From NCBI GenBank assembly GCA_035519565.1, contig DATIWD010000026.1, forward strand, positions 1,074 to 65,073: DNA of 64,000 bases. Reading direction: 5' to 3'. The stretch is from Gemmatimonadales bacterium (GTDB taxonomy: Bacteria > Gemmatimonadota > Gemmatimonadetes > Gemmatimonadales > GWC2-71-9). Every line of letters begins with the position of its first letter. The stretch's first letter is position 1. Made by a program: the position numbers and the translations under genes. The notes under the pieces were generated by a model. It was not told the origin of the DNA, made no database searches, and saw only the letters and a list, made by a program, of their open reading frames with translations. This document shows positions 55,712-64,000 of this stretch, one piece after another.

Positions 55712-56251
55712 TTGGCCTCAATCAAGACCGAACGACTCGAACTGCTTCCGCTGTCCGCCGAGGCGATCGAGGCCTTGCTCGCGGCCGACGAGCCCAGGCT
55801 CCGGGCGCTGACGGGCGCCGCGTTCCCCATTCCTCTCCGCCCGCCACCACTGATGGAAGGCCTGCTTCCTTTGGTGCGGGACCGGGTGCGGGCTCATCCC
55901 GCCGACCTCACCTGGGGGACCTGGGTCGTGGTGTCCCGCGATACACACAAGGCGGTCGGAGCGCTGGGATTCGGCGGCCCCCCAGACCAGGCGGGCGATG
56001 TCCTGCTGGGCTACGCGACCTATCCGGAGTCGGATCACAAGGGCTACGCGACCGAAGCGGTGCGCGGCCTGGTCGCGTGGGCGCTGCAGCAACCCGGGGT
56101 GCACCGGATCTGCTCCAGCATTCCGTCAGACAACGAGCCGGCTCGGCGGGTGGCGGAGAAAGCCGGCATGCGGATCGTGGGCACCGTCTGGGAAGAGGAC
56201 ATCGACGAGGCCCTGCTCTACGCCGTGGATAACCAAGCGGCAGGCGGATGA
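55712..56251 (+). CDS. GNAT family N-acetyltransferase (RimJ/RimL-like)
   Basis: TERLELLPLS N-terminus typical of the Acetyltransf_3 type. GYATEAVRGLVAWAL acetyl-CoA block. TTG start. Confidence 0.75.
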   Translation: MASIKTERLELLPLSAEAIEALLAADEPRLRALTGAAFPIPLRPPPLMEGLLPLVRDRVRAHPADLTWGTWVVVSRDTHKAVGALGFGGPPDQAGDVLLGYATYPESDHKGYATEAVRGLVAWALQQPGVHRICSSIPSDNEPARRVAEKAGMRIVGTVWEEDIDEALLYAVDNQAAGG

Positions 56252-56793
56252 AGATCTACACCAGGACCGGCGATCAGGGCGAGACCGGTCTCTTCGGCGG
56301 CGGTCGGGTGCCCAAGGACCATCCGCGGGTGGCCGCCTACGGGGACGTGGACGAGCTCAACTCCACCATCGGTCTGGTGCGCGCGACCGCTCCCACCGAC
56401 TGGTTCGATGAGCTGCTGGCCGGGATTCAGCGGGACCTTTTCTCGATCGGCGGCCACCTGGCGACCCCCGATCCGGAACGCGTCCAGGCGGCCCTCGCCA
56501 AGGCCGAGCTCTCCCACACGCGTGTCCAGGCGTTCGAAGCGGAGATCGACGCCGCCGATCGCGAGCTGCCACCCCTCCGCGCCTTCGTCCTTCCCGCCGG
56601 GTCGCCAAAGGCCGCGGCACTACATCTGGCGCGGACCGTCTGTCGCCGCGCTGAACGCAATGTGGTGCACCTCTCGCACGAAGCGCCGGTCCCCGAGCTG
56701 TTCATCGTCTATCTCAACCGACTCTCCGACCTGCTCTTCACACTGGCCCGTCTCGCCAATCACCGGGCCGGCCTGGGCGACGTGACGTGGTAG
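56248..56793 (+). CDS. ATP:cob(I)alamin adenosyltransferase, PduO type
   Basis: The MKIYTRTGDQGETGLFGG N-terminus is diagnostic. 4-nt overlap with the GNAT gene. Confidence 0.9.
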   Translation: MKIYTRTGDQGETGLFGGGRVPKDHPRVAAYGDVDELNSTIGLVRATAPTDWFDELLAGIQRDLFSIGGHLATPDPERVQAALAKAELSHTRVQAFEAEIDAADRELPPLRAFVLPAGSPKAAALHLARTVCRRAERNVVHLSHEAPVPELFIVYLNRLSDLLFTLARLANHRAGLGDVTW

Positions 56794-57893
56794 CCCGACT
56801 CCAGCCGATCCTGGTTCGCCACGCCCTGGGGAGCTATCCGGTCCACGTCGAGCGTGGGGCCCTCAGCGAGCTGCCGCGGTTCCTCTCGGACACCTTCCCT
56901 GACCGGCGCCTGGCCATCATCACCGACGACACGGTGGGTCGCCTCTACCCCGGGTGGGCCGGCGAGGCGGCCGCCGGGCTGGCCCAGATTCTCAGCTTCG
57001 AGTTCCCCTCCGGGGAGCGCCACAAGACTCGCGAGACCTGGCAGACGCTGACCGACCGCTTGTTGACCGCGGGATTCGGACGGGACAGCGCATTCGTCGC
57101 CCTCGGGGGTGGCGTGGTGGGAGACCTGGCCGGGTTCGTCGCCGCGACCTACATGCGAGGAGTCCCCTACGCCCAGGTGCCGACCACGCTCCTCGCGATG
57201 CTGGACGCGTCAGTGGGCGGGAAGGTCGGGGTCGATACCCCGCATGGAAAGAACCTGATCGGCGCCTTTCATCCACCCGCCATCGTGATCGCCGACCCCG
57301 ACGTCCTGCAGGATCTCCCCCTGGCCGAGTACCGCGGAGGGCTGGCGGAGGCGGTCAAGCACGGATTGATCGCGGATGAGCGGTACTTCGAATCGATCGA
57401 GCGGGGCGTCGATGACCTCAACGCCCGCGACCCGAGCGCGTTGACTGATCTGATTCGTCGCAGCGTCGAGATCAAGGCGGGAGTGGTCGCCGAGGACGAG
57501 CGGGAAGGCGGCAAACGGGCGATTCTCAACGCCGGGCACAGCGTGGCGCACGGCCTGGAGCAGGCCAGCGCCTATCGGCTGGCCCACGGCGAGGCGGTGG
57601 CCCTGGGGTTGGTGGCGGAAACGCTGGTCGCCGAGCGCATGGGACTCGCTCCCCGCGGGTTGGCCGAGCGGGTTCGGGCCCTGATCTCCGCCCTCGGCCT
57701 GCCCACCCACAGCGAGTACGCCGCAGCACCCGAACGCGTCCTCGAAGCCATGGCTCGCGACAAGAAGAATCGCGCCGGCGCTCTTCGTCTCTCACTGCCC
57801 ACCCGGTTGGGCGCCATGCATCCGGGTGGTGGGAGCTGGACCGTCGCCGTGGAGCCTGCGCTCATCGTGGAGGCGCTGCGCGCACTGGTCTAA
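56787..57893 (+). CDS. aroB: 3-dehydroquinate synthase
   Basis: GGGVVGDLAGFVAATYMRGVPYAQVPTTLLAMLDASVGGKVGVD and NAGHSVAHGLE blocks. GTG start overlaps the upstream gene. Confidence 0.9.
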   Translation: MVARLQPILVRHALGSYPVHVERGALSELPRFLSDTFPDRRLAIITDDTVGRLYPGWAGEAAAGLAQILSFEFPSGERHKTRETWQTLTDRLLTAGFGRDSAFVALGGGVVGDLAGFVAATYMRGVPYAQVPTTLLAMLDASVGGKVGVDTPHGKNLIGAFHPPAIVIADPDVLQDLPLAEYRGGLAEAVKHGLIADERYFESIERGVDDLNARDPSALTDLIRRSVEIKAGVVAEDEREGGKRAILNAGHSVAHGLEQASAYRLAHGEAVALGLVAETLVAERMGLAPRGLAERVRALISALGLPTHSEYAAAPERVLEAMARDKKNRAGALRLSLPTRLGAMHPGGGSWTVAVEPALIVEALRALV

Positions 57894-58070
57894 GGCCGAG
57901 TTTTCCGCACTTCCGCTGGTCTTCCACACGCCGGTTTTCCTCAAGTCCAATCAGTGCAGTGAGTTCCACGGTTTTTCCAGAGCGATGTTTGTTCACGGTG
58001 TGGGGAAAAGTTGACAAACGTGCGAAGCGACAGGAGGTAAACAATTTGTGATGTGGAAATCTTTTTTTGC

Positions 58071-58099
58071 TTGACCGACTTTTTAACGCCTCCTATATT
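58071..58099 (+). promoter_or_regulatory. sigma70-type promoter candidate upstream of the sigma factor gene
   Basis: TTGACC (58071-76), exactly 17 nt spacer, TATATT (58094-99). About 72 nt upstream of ATG 58171, within the only large AT-richer spacer of the window. Confidence 0.55.
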
Positions 58100-58170
58100 C
58101 GCACACCTTTTCGCGGCGAATCGAGCCGCTCTCCCTCACAATTCGGTCCCCCTTTTTCGAGCGGGGTGGT

Positions 58171-59064
58171 ATGGCGTCAGGCATGGCGGGCAAGGGCAAG
58201 CCATTCTTCCGGCCGGCCGCGACCGGCGCGTTCGACCAGTATCTGCTCGATATCCAGAAGCTCCCGATGATCACCGATCCTGAAGAGGAACGGCGCCTGG
58301 CCCGTCGAGCCCAGCAGGGCGACGAAAAGGCGGCGGAGCGGCTGGTGACGGCCAACCTGCGGTTCGTGATCTCCTACGTGAAGAAGTACCAGGGGCACGG
58401 ACTCGACCTGTCCGAGCTGGTGGCGATCGGAAACGAGGGGTTGCTCAAAGCGGTGCGGAAGTTCGATCCGGAGCATGGCGTCAAGTTCATCTCGTATGCG
58501 GTCTGGTGGGTCCGGCAGGCGGTGCTCAAGGCGCTGGCCGAGCAGACGAGGAGCGTGAGGATCCCGCTCAACCAGAATTCGGCCCTGATCCGGATGTCCC
58601 GCACCGAGACGTTTCTCTCCCAGGAGCTGGGACGCGAGCCCACCGACGCAGAAATCGCCGTAGCCCTCAACGACAGCGTAGACAACATCAGAGCCGCCCG
58701 CCGCATGACCAGCGCCGAGATCTCTCTCGACGCCCCGGTCGAGCGCCACGAAAAAGGCGCGAGTACCCTCGGTGAGCGGTTTGCCGGTCCTGAAAGCGGA
58801 GACATCGAGGAGCACACTGATTCCCGGCTGATGCGGGAGTTCATCGACCGGGTGTTCGAACGCTATCTCACTCCCCGCGAACGCAAGATCCTCTATCTCT
58901 ACTATGGTCTGGAAGAAGGCTCGGAGGCGCTGACCCTGGAGAACATCGGCGCGCTCCTGGGCGTTACCCGGGAGCGGATCCGCCAGATCCGCGAGCGGGC
59001 CTTCGAGAAACTGCGTCAGTCCCCGGATGTGAAGTCTCTCAAGGGTGCCTGGGTGGCCGCCTAG
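58171..59064 (+). CDS. RNA polymerase sigma-70 family factor, RpoD-like but short (no region 1.1)
   Basis: Region 2 (ANLRFVISYVKKY, YAVWWVRQAV), region 3, and region 4.2 (LTLENIGALLGVTRERIRQIRERAFEKLR). At 297 aa it resembles the compact primary sigma of the Bacteroidota/FCB group. Confidence 0.8.
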   Translation: MASGMAGKGKPFFRPAATGAFDQYLLDIQKLPMITDPEEERRLARRAQQGDEKAAERLVTANLRFVISYVKKYQGHGLDLSELVAIGNEGLLKAVRKFDPEHGVKFISYAVWWVRQAVLKALAEQTRSVRIPLNQNSALIRMSRTETFLSQELGREPTDAEIAVALNDSVDNIRAARRMTSAEISLDAPVERHEKGASTLGERFAGPESGDIEEHTDSRLMREFIDRVFERYLTPRERKILYLYYGLEEGSEALTLENIGALLGVTRERIRQIRERAFEKLRQSPDVKSLKGAWVAA

Positions 59065-59087
59065 CGCGCCCTTCAGAGGGATGAAGA

Positions 59088-59122
59088 GGACGGAGGAGAA
59101 GATCCCTCCGTCCTTTTCGTTT
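59088..59122 (+). terminator. Rho-independent terminator after the sigma factor gene
   Basis: GGACGGAGG (59088-96) pairs perfectly with CCTCCGTCC (59105-13), with an 8-nt loop, followed by TTTTCGTTT. Confidence 0.8.
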
Positions 59123-59163
59123 GCCGATCGGCCACCGCCGTCGCCCCATCCTATATTCCCACC

Positions 59164-60606
59164 ATGCCGGGAATCGCCACCGATGCCCTCTCGCGCGATC
59201 TGGCGCGGATCGTCGGACCCCGCTGGGTCCGGACGCGGGGCAGCGAGTTGGTGACCTACCGGGCCGATGGGCTCCCCACCCACGAATCGACGCCCCTCCT
59301 GGTGGTCCTCCCCGGCACGCGCGAGGAAGTCATCGCCATCGTGCGGCTGCTCCACGAGAGCGGCACCGCCTTCGTGGCCCGGGGCGCGGGCACCGGTCTC
59401 TCCGGTGGCGCCCTGGCGGATACCGACGCCGTGCTGATCGTGCTCACCCGGCTGTCGAGGATTCTGGCGATCCATCCCCAGAAGGCTCGGGCGATTCTTG
59501 AACCCGGCGTGGTCAATGCGCGGCTGTCCGAGGCAGCTCACCCCTACGGGCTCCAATACGTTCCCGACCCCTCGAGCCAGACCGCGTGCACCGTAGGCGG
59601 GAACGTGGCCGAGAACGCCGGCGGCCCCCACTGCCTCAAGTATGGAGTCACCACCAACCACGTCACGGCGCTCGAGGTCGTTCTGGCCGACGGCTCCGTG
59701 GTCCGACTCGGCTCGCCTTCGGGCGAACCGTGGGGACCGGACCTGGTGGGATTGTTCGTGGGAAGCGAGGGGATGTTCGGCATCGCGACCGAGATCACCG
59801 TGCGCCTGGTGCCGATCCCGCCCGCGATTCACACCGTCTTTGCCGACTTCATGAACCTCCGCGCCGCCAGTGAAGCGGTGAGTGCGATCATCGCCTCGGG
59901 GATCGTTCCCGCCGCGCTGGAGATGATGGACCAGTCCTGCATAGAGGCGGTGGAGGCCTCGATCTACGCCACCGGCGCCCGCACCGACGCCGCCGCCGCG
60001 CTGCTGGTGGAGCTGGACGGGACTCCGGAAACGGTTCAGGCCGAGGTCGCCCTGGTCGAGGGGTTGCTCCGTCGGCACGGCGCCCGAGACCTTCGAAGCG
60101 CCGCCACCCCGGCCGAGCGGGGGCGCCTCTGGCAAGGTCGGAAGAAGGCGTTCGGCGCCCTGGGCCGCATCGCGCCCGACCTGGTGGTTCAGGACGCGGT
60201 AGTGCCCCGCTCCGCTTTGCCGGACACGCTCGATCGGATCGGCGCCATTCGCGACCGGCTGGGACTTCGAATCAGCAACGTCTTCCACGCCGGCGACGGC
60301 AATCTCCACCCCTGTATCAGCTTCGACCGGCGGGACCGGGATCTCTCCGAGCGAGTGCAGAAGGCCAGCGAGGAGATCATGCTGGCTTGTTTAGCGGCGG
60401 GTGGCAGCATCACCGGAGAGCACGGCGTGGGCAGCGACAAACTGGGATACATGCCGGTGGCGTTTGATGCGGAGACCCTGGGCGCGATGTGCGCGGTGCG
60501 GCACGCCTTCGATCCCACCGAGAGGGCCAACCCCGGCAAGGTCTACCCGACTCAGGCCTGCAACGAATGGTTCCGCGCCGGAACAATGGCGCCTCGAAGG
60601 GCGTGA
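59164..60606 (+). CDS. glcD: glycolate oxidase subunit GlcD (FAD-linked oxidase)
   Basis: FAD-binding PCMH domain (VVLPGTREEVIAIVRL, ARGAGTGLSGGA) and C-terminal GEHGVG block. Followed by glcE and glcF. Confidence 0.85.
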   Translation: MPGIATDALSRDLARIVGPRWVRTRGSELVTYRADGLPTHESTPLLVVLPGTREEVIAIVRLLHESGTAFVARGAGTGLSGGALADTDAVLIVLTRLSRILAIHPQKARAILEPGVVNARLSEAAHPYGLQYVPDPSSQTACTVGGNVAENAGGPHCLKYGVTTNHVTALEVVLADGSVVRLGSPSGEPWGPDLVGLFVGSEGMFGIATEITVRLVPIPPAIHTVFADFMNLRAASEAVSAIIASGIVPAALEMMDQSCIEAVEASIYATGARTDAAAALLVELDGTPETVQAEVALVEGLLRRHGARDLRSAATPAERGRLWQGRKKAFGALGRIAPDLVVQDAVVPRSALPDTLDRIGAIRDRLGLRISNVFHAGDGNLHPCISFDRRDRDLSERVQKASEEIMLACLAAGGSITGEHGVGSDKLGYMPVAFDAETLGAMCAVRHAFDPTERANPGKVYPTQACNEWFRAGTMAPRRA

Positions 60607-60610
60607 CCCG

Positions 60611-61831
60611 ATGAACGAAGCCGCGTTCGATCGGTTGCAGGCGCTGCTGGGACCCGGTGCCGTCGAGCGGGACGGCCGCGGGTTGCCTCGGGTCGTCCCC
60701 GAGAACGAGGACCGTCTCGCCCTGCTCTGCAAGACGGCGATGGAGGAGAGCTGGAAGATCCGGGTGGAGGGCCGCAGCACCTGGCTACCTCCCGATGCGC
60801 CGGCCGACCTGGCCGTAAGCACCCATGCGATGGGACGGGTGATCTCGGTGAGCCCGAGCGATCTGGTGGCCACGGTCCAGGCCGGTGCCACCCTCGAGAC
60901 TGTTCGACGCGAACTGGCGGAGGCCGGGATGTGGCTGGCACTCGACCCGCCGGGACGCGCCGAGCGCTCCATCGGTTCGATCGTCGCTACCGGGACGTCG
61001 GGACCGCTCCGCCATCTCTACGGCCCCGTGCGGGACCATGTGCTGGGCTGCACCGTGGTGACCGGCGACGGGAGGATCGTGAAGTCCGGGGGACGCGTGG
61101 TGAAGAACGTCGCCGGTTACGACCTCACCAAACTCCAGATCGGCGGATTCTCCGCCTTTGGCATCGTGACCGAGCTGCATCTCCGGCTTCGGGCCCTGCC
61201 TCGCGCCGATGTCACGCTCCTCGCGCGCGGACACCGGGATCGCCTGACCGCGGGCGCCCGTGACGCCAGCGCGGCGCAGGTCGGCGCGGCGGCACTGGAG
61301 CTGATCTCTCCCGCGCTCGCCGATGAAAGCGACTGGGTGCTGGCCGCGCGACTGCTGGGTCAGGAGGCCGTGGTGGCGGCCGAGACGCGCCGGCTCCAGA
61401 ACGAAACCAAGGACCTGCTGTGGGAACCGCTGCCAGCCGATCGAACCGGCACGTTCTGGGGACTGGCCGGACGCGCCGCGCTGGCGGGGCCGCTCACCTT
61501 GAGGGCCGGCGCCCTGCTCGATGGGCTCGACGATACCCTCGATCTGATCCGGGACCTGCTGGACGATCGCCTGATCAGCGCCGGGGCCGGGACCGGAGCG
61601 ATTCGCTGGAGCGGCGAGGCTCCTCCCGATCGGTTCCGCCTGTTGCGGCGTCAACTGGCCGATCGGGAGGTCCCGGTCACGCTCGAGCGCGCCCCCTGGG
61701 AGATGCGGCGCGTGGTTGGACATTTCGGGGCCTATCAGGAGGGTGTCGGCCGATTGGTGGGACGGCTCCGCGAGACCTTCGACCCCGGCTCGCTCCTGAG
61801 CGTCGCGCTCGAAGGAGCCCATGGCGACTGA
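60611..61831 (+). CDS. glcE: glycolate oxidase FAD-binding subunit GlcE
   Basis: PCMH-type FAD-binding domain (KNVAGYDLTKL). Positioned between glcD and glcF. ATG 60611. Confidence 0.75.
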   Translation: MNEAAFDRLQALLGPGAVERDGRGLPRVVPENEDRLALLCKTAMEESWKIRVEGRSTWLPPDAPADLAVSTHAMGRVISVSPSDLVATVQAGATLETVRRELAEAGMWLALDPPGRAERSIGSIVATGTSGPLRHLYGPVRDHVLGCTVVTGDGRIVKSGGRVVKNVAGYDLTKLQIGGFSAFGIVTELHLRLRALPRADVTLLARGHRDRLTAGARDASAAQVGAAALELISPALADESDWVLAARLLGQEAVVAAETRRLQNETKDLLWEPLPADRTGTFWGLAGRAALAGPLTLRAGALLDGLDDTLDLIRDLLDDRLISAGAGTGAIRWSGEAPPDRFRLLRRQLADREVPVTLERAPWEMRRVVGHFGAYQEGVGRLVGRLRETFDPGSLLSVALEGAHGD

Positions 61832-63062
61832 GGTCGCGCCGAGCCGATTCGCTGCGCTCGATCCCTGTGTGCACTGTGGGTTCTGCCTGCCTGCCTGCCC
61901 CACCTACCTCGCCACCGGAGACGAAGCCGACAGCCCTCGAGGGCGCATCGTCCTCATGCGGGCGCTGGAGCGGGGCGAAATCGCCCCCGACGATCCTGCC
62001 CTGGGCCAGCACCTCGACGCCTGCCTCGGCTGCCGTGGCTGCGAGCCGGTCTGTCCTTCGGGCGTGGGCTACGGCCGGGGGCTGGAGGCTGCTCGTGAGC
62101 TGCTCATGGAAGCACGTGGCCTTCCGGCCCTCGCCCGCCTTACGCTGTGGGTCTTTCAAGCGCCCTGGCGCTGGCAGATGCTCTTCGGGACGGCGCGTGG
62201 AGTCCGGGAGGCCGGATTGGCACGGCGACTGGCAGGGCCCGGTCGCATGGGATTCGCGATGGGGATGGTCGCCGCGACGCGAGCGTCTGAGGCAAGTCAC
62301 CATGGCTCGGCTCCCAAGCCACTGTCGTCCGATGGCCCAACCGTCTCCATCTTTGTCGGCTGCGTGATGGACAGCCTGTTCTCCCACGTCCATCGCGCCA
62401 CCCAGAGAACGCTGGAGGCGAACGGCTACCGGGTCGTGGAGATCAACGGTCAAACCTGCTGCGGCGCCCTCCACGAGCACGCCGGCGACCGGGCGACTGC
62501 TACAATGCTCGCCGAGGCCAACGTTCGCGCCTTTGCCAACTCCGCCGGCGCGATCGTCGTCAACAGCGCGGGGTGCGGGGCTCTGCTCAAGGACTATGGC
62601 CACCTGCTCGATACCCCGGAGGCACGCGCCTTTGCGGCACGGGTCAAAGACGTGAGTGAGTTGCTGGCCGAGCGGGGACCACGCGCGGGAGCGCGGCTCG
62701 AGATGGACGTGGCCTATGATGCGCCCTGTCACCTGCAGCACGCCCAGCGGGTGCACGAGCAGCCGCTGGCGGTGCTGCGGGCGATCCCCGGTTTGCGATT
62801 ACAGATGCTCCCGGGATTCGACCGCTGCTGCGGCTCCGCAGGCATCTATGGATTGCTCCAGCCCGAGCTGTCTCGCGAAGTGCTGCTGGACAAGATCAAG
62901 ACCATCGCGGGCGCCGATCCCAGGCCTCAAGTCATCGCCACCGGAAACCCGGGCTGTCTGATGCAGATTGGCGCGGGGTGCCTCGCGGCCGGGCTCGCGA
63001 TCGAGGTCAGACACCCGGTCGAGCTGCTGGATCAGTCATACCAGGCTGCAGGACTCTACTGA
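61821..63062 (+). CDS. glcF: glycolate oxidase iron-sulfur subunit GlcF
   Basis: Two ferredoxin motifs (CVHCGFCLPACP, CLGCRGCEPVCP) and two CCG domains (CCG...; CCGSAG). AAGGAG Shine-Dalgarno. Confidence 0.9.
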   Translation: MATEVAPSRFAALDPCVHCGFCLPACPTYLATGDEADSPRGRIVLMRALERGEIAPDDPALGQHLDACLGCRGCEPVCPSGVGYGRGLEAARELLMEARGLPALARLTLWVFQAPWRWQMLFGTARGVREAGLARRLAGPGRMGFAMGMVAATRASEASHHGSAPKPLSSDGPTVSIFVGCVMDSLFSHVHRATQRTLEANGYRVVEINGQTCCGALHEHAGDRATATMLAEANVRAFANSAGAIVVNSAGCGALLKDYGHLLDTPEARAFAARVKDVSELLAERGPRAGARLEMDVAYDAPCHLQHAQRVHEQPLAVLRAIPGLRLQMLPGFDRCCGSAGIYGLLQPELSREVLLDKIKTIAGADPRPQVIATGNPGCLMQIGAGCLAAGLAIEVRHPVELLDQSYQAAGLY

Positions 63063-64000
63063 TGCCGTTGGCCCAGGTTGATCGCGCTCGCCTCGAGCGG
63101 CTCCGACACGGGACCGTCGTGGTCGTAGACCAGCCAGCGGTCTTCGAGGTGACCGGGAGCGGGGCACTCCCCTGTCTCCAGGGCCTGCTCACCAACGATC
63201 TCGTCACTCCGGGAGAGAACAGTCTGGTCTACGGCGCCCTGCTCACGGCCAAGGGGATGATCGTGGTGGACCACTGGGTGATCCGGCGTCCATCGGGATT
63301 CACCATGATCAGTCCGATCGAGACTCGAGAGCGCAGCAAGGAGCTGTTCGCCCGTTCCCTGCCTCCTCGACTGGCAAAGGCCCAGGACCAGACCGGAAGC
63401 CGGGGCGTGGCGTGGCTCTACGGTGACACCGCGCGCGCGACGCTGGGCAGACTCGGCAAGTCGCCGATGCCCGAGGGGCCGGGACGAGTGACCGACTGGG
63501 ATGGCGGTGCCCTGCTGGTGGCGCGGCCGGGGCCCGCGGCACCGTTCGCCGCTCTGGTGGCTGGAGCATCGGCCGAGGTCGAGAAGCTGGCTGCTGACCT
63601 GGTGCGGGCGGGTGCGGCCCGCGGCGACGAGACCGACCGGATGGCGGCGCGGATCCTCGCCGGTTGGCCGGCGGTGGGCGCCGAGATCGACGAGAAGACG
63701 CTGCCTCAGGAAGCGCGCTACGACGAGATCGACGGCGTCTCTTACACCAAGGGCTGTTACACCGGGCAGGAGACCGTCGCGCGAGTTCACTTCCGTGGTC
63801 ACCCCAATCGAATGCTCCGTGGCCTCCTGTGGAGCGGATCTGCCAAGGTGGAGCCGGGCGCGACATTGGTCGCGCAGGCGGCGGAGCCGGGGCCGGTCAA
63901 ACCGGTCGGCACCGTCGAGAGCATCCTGCGGCTGCCCGATCGCACCCTCGGCCTCTCGGTGCTCCGGCGCGAAATCCCCGCGGGAGGGCGAGTCACCGCG
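63062..64000 (+). CDS. ygfZ: folate-binding protein YgfZ / GcvT-family (3' end outside window)
   Basis: The frame is open from ATG 63062 (TGATG overlap with glcF) to the window edge, so it is absent from the ORF track. Contains the YgfZ signature KGCYTGQE. Confidence 0.75.
   Translation, partial: MPLAQVDRARLERLRHGTVVVVDQPAVFEVTGSGALPCLQGLLTNDLVTPGENSLVYGALLTAKGMIVVDHWVIRRPSGFTMISPIETRERSKELFARSLPPRLAKAQDQTGSRGVAWLYGDTARATLGRLGKSPMPEGPGRVTDWDGGALLVARPGPAAPFAALVAGASAEVEKLAADLVRAGAARGDETDRMAARILAGWPAVGAEIDEKTLPQEARYDEIDGVSYTKGCYTGQETVARVHFRGHPNRMLRGLLWSGSAKVEPGATLVAQAAEPGPVKPVGTVESILRLPDRTLGLSVLRREIPAGGRVTA

Noticed and set aside
57894-58070. A structured ncRNA (6S RNA, tmRNA, RNase P or tRNA) in the large spacer after aroB, and elsewhere.
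   Set aside because: I could not fold a cloverleaf or find conserved boxes such as a T-loop GTTCGAATC-type sequence or the tmRNA tag. The region has only short repeated motifs. A small RNA cannot be excluded without a covariance-model scan.

Overview
The window is about 64 kb of gene-dense chromosome from a high-GC diderm bacterium. Hand counts of sample lines give roughly two-thirds G+C. I support 63 protein-coding genes and found no rRNA, tRNA, CRISPR array, transposase, integrase or prophage genes. The content is mostly housekeeping. On the minus strand at the left: PBP1A, an amidohydrolase, argR and an HNH gene. Then tyrS and mscL, followed by a PorX-like response regulator that heads an msbA/LPS glycosyltransferase operon. 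A 14 kb plus-strand array runs yebC-ruvCAB-queA-tgt-yajC-def-fmt-thiESG-rsmB-PASTA-rpe-tlpA-tsaD-lgt. A 14 kb minus-strand array runs tamA-tamB-yegS-like kinase, a two-component system, NlpC/P60, HAD, CYTH and acpS. The right end holds a peptide ABC binding protein and permease with dacB, then sixA, aroB, a short RpoD-like sigma factor, glcDEF and a partial ygfZ. A Gemmatimonadota/FCB-like origin is my guess only; it rests on the short sigma factor, the PorX-like regulator and the GC content. I cannot point to one clear new system. The best candidates are: (1) an intact sensor kinase paired with an NtrC-family regulator that has lost the phospho-acceptor Asp, the GAFTGA loop and the Walker B Asp, followed by a 4xCxxC mini-protein; (2) a DnaB C-terminal-domain-only ATPase coupled to a small helical protein; (3) a patatin-ferredoxin fusion; (4) a sharply bounded low-GC tract replacing the 3' third of tyrS; (5) three intergenic elements built from inverted arrays of 7- or 9-nt tandem repeats, one of which writes an Arg-rich tail onto AcpS; (6) a kinase-less PASTA protein in the syntenic slot of PrkC. 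All family assignments are motif recognition by eye. No database search was run.
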